From Spirochaetia bacterium (GTDB lineage Bacteria; Spirochaetota; Spirochaetia; DSM-2461): 64,000 nt of DNA. The stretch lies in contig CAXXIA010000002.1 of assembly GCA_963666985.2 (NCBI GenBank), positions 2,176,001-2,240,000 on the forward strand. The letters are read 5' to 3'. Below the pieces are notes generated by a model. That model was not told the DNA's origin and did not search any database. It saw nothing but the letters and a program-made list of their open reading frames with translations. Within the stretch, counting starts at the first letter, position 1; each line of letters begins with the position of its first letter. This document shows, piece by piece, positions 39,287-49,461 of the stretch. The translations under genes and the position numbers were made by a program.

Positions 39287-40437
39287 CTTTGGTTGGAAAA
39301 GATGTTTTCACCGGCGAGGCCATAGAACTTGAATTCGGTGAGGGGCGTATCCTTCGAAGGAAAAGCCTTTCTGAAACCGAGATTGATTTAGGGGGTCTTC
39401 CCTGGATTTCTCCCGGCTGGATCGATCTTCAGGTAAACGGCTGGATGGGCTTCAACTACAACGAAAAGATTGCGGATGCGGCCGAACTGGAATCCATCTG
39501 CGCTCTTTTGGCCGAGAGGGGAACGACACGGCATTTGCCGACAATCATCACCGCTTCTCCTGAAGATATTCTTCGCCGTCTTAAAAGTCTTACCGTTTTT
39601 CGGAGGGAATCACCCGAATTGCGGCGGAGGATTCCCGGATTTCACGTTGAGGGTCCCTTTATTTCGGAAGTTGACGGATTCAGGGGAGCGCATGAACGCC
39701 GATGGATTCGCGATCCTTCCCAAACCGAATTCGAGGACTGGATGGATGCCGCCGACGGACTGATAAAAATCGTCACACTGGCTCCCGAGCGCTCCGGTTC
39801 CCTGGATTTCATCGAGTTTTGTGTCTCCCGTGGAGTTGTTGTTTCACTGGGGCATACAAACGCCGATTCCGGCATTATCCGGGAAGCGGTCGCCGCCGGG
39901 GCACGGATGTCCACGCATTTCGGAAACGGCATGGCGGGAACGGTTCCCCGGCATGAGAATCCGCTTTGGCCGCAGCTGGCCGCCGATGCTCTGTGTCCTT
40001 CACTTATCGCGGATTCTCATCATCTGCCGGATGATTTCATGAAGTCTGTTTTCCTGGCGAAGGGACCGGGCCGGTTCGTTCTTGTCAGCGATGCCGCGCC
40101 TCCCGGAGGATTGCCCCCGGGGAGGGCCTTTTGGGGCGGTAGCGAGGTCGAGGTGGAACAAAGCGGCCGGGTTTCTTTGGCCGGTACGCCCTATCTGGCC
40201 GGAGCCGGTCATCTTTTGGATTCCGATGTGGCCCGGTTCATTTCGGCAACCGGATGTTCCGTGATGGAGGCCGTATCGGCGGTAACCATCACGCCGGCCG
40301 CCATGATCGGTATGGAGGATTCGTCAGCCTCCCTGAGTCCCGGATCCCAAGGGGATGCCGTGGCTTTCCGTTTGGAACCGGGCGCCGGATGGGTATCCAT
40401 TGAAACCGTTGTTGTTGACGGCCGCTCCGTTGAATAA
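39283..40437 (+). CDS. N-acetylglucosamine-6-phosphate deacetylase-like amidohydrolase
   Basis: DLQVNG, HVEGPF, GAH, TLAPE, GHT, THFGN, VSDA. Confidence 0.85.
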   Translation: MTLVGKDVFTGEAIELEFGEGRILRRKSLSETEIDLGGLPWISPGWIDLQVNGWMGFNYNEKIADAAELESICALLAERGTTRHLPTIITASPEDILRRLKSLTVFRRESPELRRRIPGFHVEGPFISEVDGFRGAHERRWIRDPSQTEFEDWMDAADGLIKIVTLAPERSGSLDFIEFCVSRGVVVSLGHTNADSGIIREAVAAGARMSTHFGNGMAGTVPRHENPLWPQLAADALCPSLIADSHHLPDDFMKSVFLAKGPGRFVLVSDAAPPGGLPPGRAFWGGSEVEVEQSGRVSLAGTPYLAGAGHLLDSDVARFISATGCSVMEAVSAVTITPAAMIGMEDSSASLSPGSQGDAVAFRLEPGAGWVSIETVVVDGRSVE

Positions 40438-40497
40438 TTTTACGGAATGGGAGTTTTTACATAGGGGCAAGAATAAACATTGTGCTGCTTTTTGCTC

Positions 40498-41391
40498 TTA
40501 TGTACTCAATGAATATCCGCTTTCTTTCAGCATCCCCATGAGCCTTTGTCCGTATTCGATGTAATTGGCCGCCCGTGCATCCGCATCGGCCGCGACCGAA
40601 GCATCATGATAAACAACTTTCATATGCGGCTCGATGGAAAAGCCCCCGTTGTATCCCCGGGCGGCAAGATCGGTCAGGATCAGCCCCACCTCTCCGCCTC
40701 CTTCTCCGGGCCAGTGATACTCTTCTCCTTTGATCTCCTGCACATAGCATGAGTCTTTGATATGGATGTGGGCAATGTGGTCCTTCACCTTTTCGTAAAA
40801 AGCAAGGGAGGACTGCATGGGGTAGGGAAAGTCCTTGTTGAAATCCGCGGTAACAGGAGGATTGCCGGTATCGAAAACCAGTTTCAGTCCCGGGACTTCC
40901 CGAATCATTTTGAGCGTGTGCTCCGGGCTCATGCCGCCCCAGGTGGCGCAATTTTCATGAACGGGGGTAATCTCGGCTTCCCGGAAGAGCCGGACAATGT
41001 GTTTCAGTCGACCGATCCGTTCTTCCGCCTTCTGGTCGTTTTTCGCCCGGCCGTCGGGTTCATAGAGGACTTTCCAGCTCATAATCCGCACGAACCGGCC
41101 CCCGAGAGCCTTCATCCGCCCGACGGCCCGCTCGACGGTGGCCAGAACGGCGTCGAAGTCTTCATTCCAATCATGGCCCCAATTGGCGATATTCGATCCC
41201 ATGGCCGTTGTTTTAATGCCGGCCTTTTCCAAGGCCTCCCGGGTCTTTTCGAAATCCTCATCGCTCAAGTCGTGCCAATTCGTCCCGTTAACGGCTCTCA
41301 GTTCGATTTCCGACCAGCCCAGTTTCTTCGTTATCGCAATCTGAGCGGCGATACCGTCGGCGGCTTCATCGGCGAATCCTGTTAAGAACAT
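40498..41391 (-). CDS. Sugar phosphate isomerase/epimerase (xylose isomerase-like TIM barrel)
   Basis: GFADE, HEN, FDTGN, HIHIKD, SIEPH. Confidence 0.85.
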   Translation of the reverse strand: MFLTGFADEAADGIAAQIAITKKLGWSEIELRAVNGTNWHDLSDEDFEKTREALEKAGIKTTAMGSNIANWGHDWNEDFDAVLATVERAVGRMKALGGRFVRIMSWKVLYEPDGRAKNDQKAEERIGRLKHIVRLFREAEITPVHENCATWGGMSPEHTLKMIREVPGLKLVFDTGNPPVTADFNKDFPYPMQSSLAFYEKVKDHIAHIHIKDSCYVQEIKGEEYHWPGEGGGEVGLILTDLAARGYNGGFSIEPHMKVVYHDASVAADADARAANYIEYGQRLMGMLKESGYSLST

Positions 41392-41404
41392 GTTTTTCCC
41401 CTTT

Positions 41405-41565
41405 GAGGCTCTTTTAAAATATGTCTTTGATCCGTATACGGTGTTCGGCGGTGCTCGAAATGCTCATGCAGCCTCATTCCATTGCGCTTTCCGCGCTCCG
41501 GCGGCATCGAGCTGCGCGTCTCGTTCGCTATCTACGAACCAAATTCATTATTTTAAAAGAGCCTC
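41405..41565. mobile_element. MITE/REP-like palindromic element (copy A)
   Basis: 17-bp perfect terminal inverted repeat GAGGCTCTTTTAAAATA / TATTTTAAAAGAGCCTC; core shared with 58414-58555. Confidence 0.75.
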
Positions 41566-41598
41566 TCTCGTTATGTTTTTTGTCGGCGGATTTAACGT

Positions 41599-42411
41599 TT
41601 ATCTCTCCGCTTCGTTTAAGAACTCATTAACCTGTTTCAGAAGGGCGGCGGGATTTTCCGGTTCGGTGAAAATCTCCAGGGAAATCCAATCCTTGTAGCC
41701 GATTTCCTTGAGAGCCGTGAAGGAATTTTTGAATTCCGGGCGCATCACCGTCGGTGCGGCGCCGCCTTTATCATTTATGTGGACATGGAATATATGGGAG
41801 GCATGGGCTCGGATGAGTGCGGGCCAATCATCCGTTTCATCGTCCGTGTTGTGGAAATCAAACATTCCGCCGATACCGGGCCGATTGATGCCGTCGATAA
41901 CGCTTCTGGCCTCTTCGAGAGTATTCACGACATCGGTGAACTCGGAAGGAAGAGCTTCCACGAGAAGGCGGCATCCCGAGGCATCAACATCATCCGCGAC
42001 CGATTCGAGTCCCTTGATAAAAAGTTTAAGAGCTTCGCTCGAATCCATACCGTCACGTCCGGCGCGCTGGGAGGGCGAGCCGAGGGTTAAGGGGCCTCCT
42101 CCCAATTCTCCGGCCATATCGGCCAGTCTTCGGATATGATCCCAGGAACGCATGCGCAATTTCTCATCGGCGGCCGTAACATGAAGACCTTCGGGGCCGA
42201 CCAGGAGCCAGTGAAGTCCGGCGAATGAAACGCCTTCTCCGTTCAGAACACGGCGAACTTCGGCCAGGGGAGCGGAGAGATTCCCGGAGAAATCGCCGAA
42301 TATGGTGTGAGGAGCCAGTTCGACTCCTGAAAAACCGGAAGACTTGATTGTTTTTATTGATTCGGAGAAAGATCTGTTTCCAAAAAGTTCGTTGCATATT
42401 GCTTTGTTCAT
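41599..42411 (-). CDS. Sugar phosphate isomerase/epimerase (ketose 3-epimerase-like TIM barrel)
   Basis: GVELAP, VEAL, FDFHN, HVHIND, SLEIF. Confidence 0.85.
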   Translation of the reverse strand: MNKAICNELFGNRSFSESIKTIKSSGFSGVELAPHTIFGDFSGNLSAPLAEVRRVLNGEGVSFAGLHWLLVGPEGLHVTAADEKLRMRSWDHIRRLADMAGELGGGPLTLGSPSQRAGRDGMDSSEALKLFIKGLESVADDVDASGCRLLVEALPSEFTDVVNTLEEARSVIDGINRPGIGGMFDFHNTDDETDDWPALIRAHASHIFHVHINDKGGAAPTVMRPEFKNSFTALKEIGYKDWISLEIFTEPENPAALLKQVNEFLNEAER

Positions 42412-42535
42412 CTTTGTCTTCTCGTCCCTATTTTGAATATTCTTGGCGAATTCCGTTATATTATTGCCGGATATTCAATAAGAACAACCGGTTCTTCGAT
42501 TGAAGAGCGGGAAAAGATAAGCCTTTGGAGGAATC

Positions 42536-43732
42536 ATGGCGAAACATAATGCGGTAATAGGTCAATCCGGCGGTCCGACGAGCGTTATTAACGCAAGTCT
42601 TGCGGGCGTGATGGAGGCCGTGGCCGGCCATGATGAAATCGGGACTCTTTTCGGAATGCGCGGCGCCATTGAGGGACTTCTCCATGAGGATTTCCATAAT
42701 CTTTCTTCGGAATCCGATCGGACGATTCGGGGGCTTCTTGCAACGCCTTCCTCCGCGCTCGGTTCCTCCCGCCATAAACTGACCGATGATGAGCTGCCCC
42801 AAATCAAAGAGATTCTTGAGCGGCACGATATCCGCTATTTCTTTTTGATCGGCGGAAACGACACCATGGATACCATTCACCGTGTTGAGAAGTATTGCCG
42901 TGAGAACGGATATGAGCTCTTTGCCGTCGGGATTCCCAAGACGGTGGACAACGATTTGTACGGAACGGATCATACGCCGGGCTTTCCTTCGGCGGCCCGC
43001 AACAATATGCTCTCGGTTCAGCAGGCGGGGCGTCTTGCGCGGGATATGCGGAACGTGGATAAGTTTACGATTTATCAGACAATCGGCAGGGATGCCGGCT
43101 GGCTGGCCGCTTCAACGGCCGCCGCGAGAAGGAGCGAGGCTGATCCTCCGCATCTCATTTACTGTCCGGAGCGAGTATTCAATAAGATTGAGTTCCTTGA
43201 AGACGCGAAGAACCGGATTGATGAAATCGGGTATGTGAGCATCGTCGTCAGTGAAGGAATCAAATACGGGAACGGAATGCCGGTGAGCGCCGCAACGGAT
43301 ACGGACAGCTTTAAAAACGTCGAGTACGGAGCCATGGGCGGCGCCAGTGTCGGTATGCGGATTCACCGGATGCTTGCCGATGAGACCGGCTTTCGGGGAG
43401 AGTTCCAGGTAACAGAATCCCTGCCCATGTGCGCGATTGACCGGGCGGTGAGAGCGGATATTCAGCGTGCGCGGGAAGCGGGCGCGGCCGCGGTAGACAT
43501 GGTCTGTTCCGGGGAATCCGGATGGATGGTGAGTATCGAGCGATCATCGGATTCTCAGCCGATCTTCACGTTCGGGCGCACCGAACTGGAGCAGGTGGCG
43601 ATTAGGGCAAAGGCCATGCCGGATGAGTACTTCAATTCCCGCGGCAATCATGTAACCGAATTATTCCTGGACTATGTTAAGCCGCTGATCGGTCCCGTGC
43701 CGGAATACGTCAGTTTGGGCGAAGAGTCATAA
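42536..43732 (+). CDS. 6-phosphofructokinase, probably PPi-dependent
   Basis: GQSGGPTSVIN, GGNDTMD (GGxD type), PKTVDND, GRDAGW. Confidence 0.85.
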   Translation: MAKHNAVIGQSGGPTSVINASLAGVMEAVAGHDEIGTLFGMRGAIEGLLHEDFHNLSSESDRTIRGLLATPSSALGSSRHKLTDDELPQIKEILERHDIRYFFLIGGNDTMDTIHRVEKYCRENGYELFAVGIPKTVDNDLYGTDHTPGFPSAARNNMLSVQQAGRLARDMRNVDKFTIYQTIGRDAGWLAASTAAARRSEADPPHLIYCPERVFNKIEFLEDAKNRIDEIGYVSIVVSEGIKYGNGMPVSAATDTDSFKNVEYGAMGGASVGMRIHRMLADETGFRGEFQVTESLPMCAIDRAVRADIQRAREAGAAAVDMVCSGESGWMVSIERSSDSQPIFTFGRTELEQVAIRAKAMPDEYFNSRGNHVTELFLDYVKPLIGPVPEYVSLGEES

Positions 43733-43785
43733 GCGCAGTTCAACGGCGAAGGAGATTCCTTCCATCTTGGACCGCCGCTACTGAT

Positions 43786-43842
43786 ATCTAACGGAAACTT
43801 ATCTTTTCTCTAACCGCTTCTTCATGGAATCCGTGCGATCGT
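43786..43842 (+). repeat. Left copy of the direct repeat bounding island 2
   Basis: CTAACCGCTTCTTCATGGAATCCGTGCGATCGT (43810-43842) matches 53524-53556 at 32/33; degenerate similarity extends about 24 bp upstream. Confidence 0.9.
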
Positions 43843-43946
43843 CAATCCAAGAACAGCCGGGTGAATTAGTGTTGATTTGATTGCTGCATACCGCACTGTA
43901 AAAAGCTGTCCGGACTAAAGTCTTGATTTCACTGATTGTGCATCTT

Positions 43947-44996
43947 TTATCGATTATAGTCGTTCAGAGAAGACGCCAATTCCCTCATTTCATCAACATC
44001 GTAACGCTGATCAATTTGGATAGAACATATATGGCTATAAATCTCTTTTGCCCCCGGATATGCTTCAATATCATCAATCATTGGAGGAACCGGCCAGTAC
44101 ACGGTACTTCCGATGCCGGCGGATTCCAGGTGATGGCGAAAGTCTTCTCTGTTGTCGGCATAAACACTGAGATGACTAGGGGTTGCTTGGCCGATTAAAT
44201 CCGGGAAAATGAGTTTCCATCCTTCCTGGCGCTCCAAATGGGTTAATATGCACCGGTAGTTTTCTCTTCTTTTGGCTATCATTCGATCATATGGAAAGTA
44301 TTCCAGGATGGATCGGGACAATTGGTCGCTGCCGAATGAATCAAATTTTCTTCGCAGCTCCAGTTCGTTTTCCCAGAACAATGTCCGCGATTTATCATCA
44401 TCCGTCTGATCTGCTCCGTGCGCGTTTTCTTCAACAGAGTTCAGGAAGTTATATCGTCCTTCCAAATATTCCATGTCGGCGGGGATAAGTGCTATGGAAA
44501 AGGACGCGGATCGTTTTACCGCGATTCCTCCACAAGCTACCCCCATCCATTTTCGGAGGCTTCCAGCCAGATAATCCGACATAGGATTCGGTTCGAAAGG
44601 CGTATGTGTTATATCCTGAAGGATTAAAATATTGCGGTCTTTGCAGATCTTTAAAAAACCTGAATCATAGGTTGAAAAACCATAATAACCGCATAAAGAA
44701 AATACGGAAACACCGTCAAGATTCTCTTCTATAAATCGGGGTTTTAGTCCCTCGGGATCGATATCATAAAAACGACATTTGTAGCCGGCTTTCTTATAAC
44801 AATCCAGAACGGTTTCACAAGTGTAAGCAGGAACATATGCTACTCTTCTATTATCATTGGGGCGTATATCAAGCAAGCATGAGTAAATTGCACATCGCCC
44901 GGACATGGAGAAAAGAACATCTGCTCCAAGTGAATTAGGATATGTTTGTTTCTTAATCCCTACTTTCTCCAAAGGAAACATTTTTCCGATAATCAT
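43947..44996 (-). CDS. DegT/DnrJ/EryC1/StrS-like PLP-dependent protein
   Basis: SGRCAI, PAYTC, QDITH, GSLRKW (probable PLP Lys), IDQRY. Confidence 0.65.
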   Translation of the reverse strand: MIIGKMFPLEKVGIKKQTYPNSLGADVLFSMSGRCAIYSCLLDIRPNDNRRVAYVPAYTCETVLDCYKKAGYKCRFYDIDPEGLKPRFIEENLDGVSVFSLCGYYGFSTYDSGFLKICKDRNILILQDITHTPFEPNPMSDYLAGSLRKWMGVACGGIAVKRSASFSIALIPADMEYLEGRYNFLNSVEENAHGADQTDDDKSRTLFWENELELRRKFDSFGSDQLSRSILEYFPYDRMIAKRRENYRCILTHLERQEGWKLIFPDLIGQATPSHLSVYADNREDFRHHLESAGIGSTVYWPVPPMIDDIEAYPGAKEIYSHICSIQIDQRYDVDEMRELASSLNDYNR

Positions 44997-45001
44997 ATTT
45001 C

Positions 45002-46078
45002 TTAAAACGAAGCTATTATTTCAGGTGTTATTGTCTTTAAAATATTCACAGCCAAGTCAACAGCTCCTTTGTAGTCACTGTACGAAGAAATGCCGTAATG
45101 CGTATGAGCATATCTAACCGGAACACCGATTACAATTGAAGGAACACCCATATTGGAAATATGAATAGGTGCGCCATTGGTGGCACCTCCGGTTCTGACC
45201 GCGGTTTGTACCGATATATCCGATTTTTTTGCCAGATCAATTGCATAACGCTGAAACCGAGGATTCGTTATCATTCTGGCATCTATATGGCGGAGCATAG
45301 GTCCTTTTTTCAAAACCGTTTGCGCTCTATACTCAGGAACCACCGTGTCGTCGGCCGGACATCCTTCAAAAATAATCGCTAAATCTGGCGATATCCTGTT
45401 TGTGCAGACATATTCGCCTCGAGTTCCGACTTCTTCTTGTGCGGCGAAAACTCCTACAAGATTAATCTGAAGATCATTTTCGGACAGTTCTTCGAGTGTT
45501 GATAAAACAGCCGCACAACCGAGACGGTTATCAAAGGCTTTGCCCATCAAAATGTCATTTTTTTCATCATATGAGCAAATTGCTTCCGGCGTAATAGGAG
45601 CTCCAATATCAATATTATAGACGTTTTCAATTTCTTCGGCGGAACGGGCGCCGACATCAATAACCATCGAATCGATGGATAAAGGTTTCTTTTGTTCTTC
45701 TTCCGAAAGAAAATGCGGAGGCTTACTTGCCACGATACCGGATAAATAATCGCCCTTACGATTTTTAATACGGACCATATGTGCGGGAATATTAAACGGC
45801 ACCCAGCCGCCTATGGGAATAAACTCAATCATTCCATCGGGACGTACGGCCTTAACCATGAAACCCACTTCATCGGAATGTGCGTCAAGCTGTACTTTTA
45901 AGCGACCTTCCTTATTCCGCTTGCGTTCAAGATAGAGATTTCGAAGACTGTCTTCGCTAAAGGAACCAAGTCCCTCGCCCTCTTTTCTGAGAAGTGAAAG
46001 GACGCTATCCTCAAAACCTGAAATCCCATTTTCATTGCTGAGCCGTTTGATTCTCTGAATATTTTTTTCTTTATCCAT
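45002..46078 (-). CDS. M42 family metallo-aminopeptidase
   Basis: AHSDEVG, KAFDNRLG, QEEVG, RYAH. Confidence 0.9.
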   Translation of the reverse strand: MDKEKNIQRIKRLSNENGISGFEDSVLSLLRKEGEGLGSFSEDSLRNLYLERKRNKEGRLKVQLDAHSDEVGFMVKAVRPDGMIEFIPIGGWVPFNIPAHMVRIKNRKGDYLSGIVASKPPHFLSEEEQKKPLSIDSMVIDVGARSAEEIENVYNIDIGAPITPEAICSYDEKNDILMGKAFDNRLGCAAVLSTLEELSENDLQINLVGVFAAQEEVGTRGEYVCTNRISPDLAIIFEGCPADDTVVPEYRAQTVLKKGPMLRHIDARMITNPRFQRYAIDLAKKSDISVQTAVRTGGATNGAPIHISNMGVPSIVIGVPVRYAHTHYGISSYSDYKGAVDLAVNILKTITPEIIASF

Positions 46079-46084
46079 CTATTT

Positions 46085-46846
46085 CTACAATTTAACTGTC
46101 TTAAATTCTTTTAAAAATGACACCATAAAATCAGCGAAAGTCTGAAGCATTTCCGTTCCCCATTCCTCCGTAGCATATTTGGGATGGTCCGGCCCTATCC
46201 ATCCGTTGGTTGTCACATGGTTTGTAAGCCTGGGAACCGTTACGGTGATATTGTTATATTCGACGGTATTAAATCCCGATCCTTTTATGTTTTCTGAAAG
46301 ATTGGTAACCTCAAGAGGCAGATTAATATAATCGGCATCAATTAAATTCGGATTTACAGCCATAACACCCGCAGTTTCTTCCGCTCCGCCATGGCCGCCT
46401 TTCCATTCCTGTTTCATCTCCCAGACATTAAGCCACCAATTCAGAATCGCCATGAGACATCCGTCGGAATCAAGTTCGTATCCTATTCGCTCAAGAGATT
46501 TAATATTCCCTCCGTGACCATTAAGGATTATGAACTTGCGAGCTCCATGACGTTTGAAATTCTCAACGATTTTTTTTACCAGCTCATAGAGAAGATCCGT
46601 TCCCAGATTGATGGTTCCCGGGAACTGATAAAGGCTTTCACATGCACCGTAGGGAATGGTTGGGGCAATGAGGATTTCATCATTCTGACGGCGCACCAAT
46701 TCAATTATTTTATCGGGGATGAGCGTATCCGTTCCCAGCGGGAGGTGTTTCCCATGACATTCAATGCTGCCGATGGGAATAATAACCATATCAGATTTTT
46801 TGAAATATTCTTCAGCCTTTAGCCAGGTTATTTCAGATAATAACAT
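46085..46846 (-). CDS. Creatininase family amidohydrolase
   Basis: GSIECHGKHLPLGTD, NGHGGN, HGGAEET. ATG 46846 after GGAGG; track start is 46876. Confidence 0.9.
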   Translation of the reverse strand: MLLSEITWLKAEEYFKKSDMVIIPIGSIECHGKHLPLGTDTLIPDKIIELVRRQNDEILIAPTIPYGACESLYQFPGTINLGTDLLYELVKKIVENFKRHGARKFIILNGHGGNIKSLERIGYELDSDGCLMAILNWWLNVWEMKQEWKGGHGGAEETAGVMAVNPNLIDADYINLPLEVTNLSENIKGSGFNTVEYNNITVTVPRLTNHVTTNGWIGPDHPKYATEEWGTEMLQTFADFMVSFLKEFKTVKL

Positions 46847-46858
46847 GTTACCTCCATA

Positions 46859-46895
46859 GCGGCGAAAAAGAGCCATTATCCCTCTTTTTCGCCGC
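46859..46895 (-). terminator. Intercistronic hairpin after the binding-protein gene
   Basis: GCGGCGAAAAAGAG-N9-CTCTTTTTCGCCGC. Confidence 0.6.
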
Positions 46896-46907
46896 GTATC
46901 GCCTTTT

Positions 46908-48440
46908 CTAATTGCGAACAGCTACATTCTGAAGCTTGTGATAACCAATGGGATCAAGAATAAAATCTTCAACATCGGCATTAGCACCCGCAGTAATGGC
47001 GGTGAAAATTATCGGAGCGTTATTCGCGATGTCTTTTAAGAGAATCGCAAGATCTTTGTAAGCTTGAAGCCGAACATCATTATCGGTGTTGGTTCTGGCA
47101 AGCTCAATCAATCTGTCAACTTCCGGATCATTGATGAAAGTTCTGTTTCCAGCCGCTCCCTGCTGAGAGGAATGCTCAAGAGAATAGTATGTATAATCCG
47201 CATCCTTTGAAGATGTTACCCAACCGAAGTACCCCATGTCATGTTCTCCGTTTGTCGAGCGCTGAATAAAAGTGCCGAATTCCATAACTTCAATTTTGCA
47301 TGTAATGCCGATTTCCCGGAGCATCTCCTGGATGGCTTGGCACATTTCCACCCGAATCTGGTTATTGTTTACCCAGAGACTGCATGAAAAACCATTGGGA
47401 TAACCGGCTTCAGCCAAAAGCGCCTTTGCCTTTTCAGGATTATATTCATACAATCCCGCGGAATAGTAACCGTAAACTGCCGGGGCGATGATGGCGTCGG
47501 CGGGAGAGCCGGTACCGCTGTTAACCGTATCAACCAGAAGCTGACGATCGATTGCATAATTTATCGCTTGGCGGACCAATTTGTTGTCAAACGGAGCTTT
47601 CTTCATGTTCATGGAAATGTAAAAACAGGTAAGTGAAGGAGCTTCGTAAAGAACTAAATCATCGTTTTCTTTGATTCGTTCAAGATCGGAAGTAAGAGGA
47701 TCATAACAAAGATCAACTTCTCCGGTTTCAAGAGCAATGGTTCTTTGAGCCGCTTCGGGTATAACTTTCATAACCAGATACTTGGTCTTTGGTGTTCCGG
47801 CATAGTAATCCTCAAACGCTTCAAGTTTGCAGTAATCACTTTGCTCCCAGGTAACGAATTTATAGGGACCTGATCCGACCGGCTGAGTTTTGAGGATATC
47901 CGGATTGGCTTCCACATAATCCTTGGGGACAATACCGGCAAAGGGAACGGCCAAGTTTCGTAAAGCCGGGGCATAGGGTGCCTTGGTTGTTACGATAATG
48001 GTATATTCATCTTCAATTTTTACTTCGCTGATGAAATCTACAATATAAGAAACCGCGGCGCTGGCAATAGCTCTGTCCAGAGAAAATTTAACATCTTCCG
48101 CCGTCAGATCTTCACCATTGTGAAATTTCATGCCCTTCCGGATGAAAAAGCGATAAGAAACATCTGAAATTTGTTTCCATCTTTCGGCAATTTGAGGTAC
48201 CACTTCGCCGGAAGCGGAGTCGACATCTACCAGGGTATCGTAGATATGATTCGTTACCGCGACCGCCGGTGTTTCTTTGCCGATATGGGGATCGAACGAG
48301 GTTACATCCGCGCCTTGGGCAAAGACGATAGTGTCTTTATAGCCGTTGGAAGATGCGGACGTACCGTCATTTGATCCGTTTGCACAAACCATTGATGCAG
48401 CCATCAATAGAAACAGTAAAACCGAAAGAACTTTTTTCAT
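46908..48440 (-). CDS. Family 5 ABC substrate-binding protein (dipeptide/glutathione-like)
   Basis: Signal peptide ..MVCANGS; SFDPH, KFHNG, GSGPYK, ALETGEVD. Confidence 0.92.
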   Translation of the reverse strand: MKKVLSVLLFLLMAASMVCANGSNDGTSASSNGYKDTIVFAQGADVTSFDPHIGKETPAVAVTNHIYDTLVDVDSASGEVVPQIAERWKQISDVSYRFFIRKGMKFHNGEDLTAEDVKFSLDRAIASAAVSYIVDFISEVKIEDEYTIIVTTKAPYAPALRNLAVPFAGIVPKDYVEANPDILKTQPVGSGPYKFVTWEQSDYCKLEAFEDYYAGTPKTKYLVMKVIPEAAQRTIALETGEVDLCYDPLTSDLERIKENDDLVLYEAPSLTCFYISMNMKKAPFDNKLVRQAINYAIDRQLLVDTVNSGTGSPADAIIAPAVYGYYSAGLYEYNPEKAKALLAEAGYPNGFSCSLWVNNNQIRVEMCQAIQEMLREIGITCKIEVMEFGTFIQRSTNGEHDMGYFGWVTSSKDADYTYYSLEHSSQQGAAGNRTFINDPEVDRLIELARTNTDNDVRLQAYKDLAILLKDIANNAPIIFTAITAGANADVEDFILDPIGYHKLQNVAVRN

Positions 48441-48491
48441 TCTTTTCTCCTTTTAAAATTGATAACTATAATCTCCCGTTCCACAGGAGTA

Positions 48492-49460
48492 TTAAATCTT
48501 TGCTAATTTAAGACATGCGACAAAATGCTTAGGTTTAATTTCCACCAGCGGTATCTCCTCGCGGCGGCAGGCTTCATCGGCCATTGGACAGCGCTGTGCG
48601 AAACGACATCCCGGTTTCGGATTTATGGGACTGATTAATTCACCCTCCAAAAGAACTCTTTTTACTTGAAAATCAGGATCGGGAACCGGTATTGCGGAAA
48701 GAAGGGCTTGGGTGTATGGATGAAGAGGATTTTCAAACAGACTGTCCGCGGGAGCCTTTTCAACCATTTTCCCTAAATACATAACGAGAATATCAGTGGA
48801 AAGGTGTTTAACCACTGATAAATCATGGGTAATAAAAAGATAAGTAAATCCAAATTTTTCCTGCAAATCCTGCATTAAATTCAGGACTTGTGCCTGAATG
48901 GAAACATCCAAAGCCGATACGGGTTCGTCACAAACAATAAATTGAGGATTTAATGCAATAACTCGGGCAATACCAACCCGCTGACGCCTTCCTCCATCCA
49001 GTTCATGGGGATAACTGTTTATCAATCTGGGAGCAATCCCGACCATTTCCATTAAATCTGAAATTCGTTTCTCAAGATTTTTTTTATCACGAGGCTTATA
49101 TAACTTTTGAATCAGCAGGCTTTCCGCAATTGTCTGTCCGACAGTCATCCTGGGATTAAGGGACGCAAACGGATCTTGAAATATAATCTGCATTTTTCTT
49201 CGCAGATTTTTCATTTCCGTCTTTCCGACTTGTCCCAAATCCAGACCGTCAAACCAAACATTACCGTCGGTCGGTTCATGCAGACGAAGAATGGTTCTGC
49301 CCAGGGTCGATTTTCCGCAGCCGGATTCTCCCACAACACCGAGAGTTTCACCTTTTTTGATGGAAAAAGAGACATCATCCACCGCATGAAGATTCCCTGA
49401 AGGGGTATCAAAATACTTTTTTAAACGTTCCACCTTTATCAGTGTCTTTTTATCCGTCAT
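48492..49460 (-). CDS. Peptide ABC ATPase (OppF/DppF-like)
   Basis: [27 protein letters not shown]. Confidence 0.92.
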   Translation of the reverse strand: MTDKKTLIKVERLKKYFDTPSGNLHAVDDVSFSIKKGETLGVVGESGCGKSTLGRTILRLHEPTDGNVWFDGLDLGQVGKTEMKNLRRKMQIIFQDPFASLNPRMTVGQTIAESLLIQKLYKPRDKKNLEKRISDLMEMVGIAPRLINSYPHELDGGRRQRVGIARVIALNPQFIVCDEPVSALDVSIQAQVLNLMQDLQEKFGFTYLFITHDLSVVKHLSTDILVMYLGKMVEKAPADSLFENPLHPYTQALLSAIPVPDPDFQVKRVLLEGELISPINPKPGCRFAQRCPMADEACRREEIPLVEIKPKHFVACLKLAKI

Positions 49461-49461
49461 A

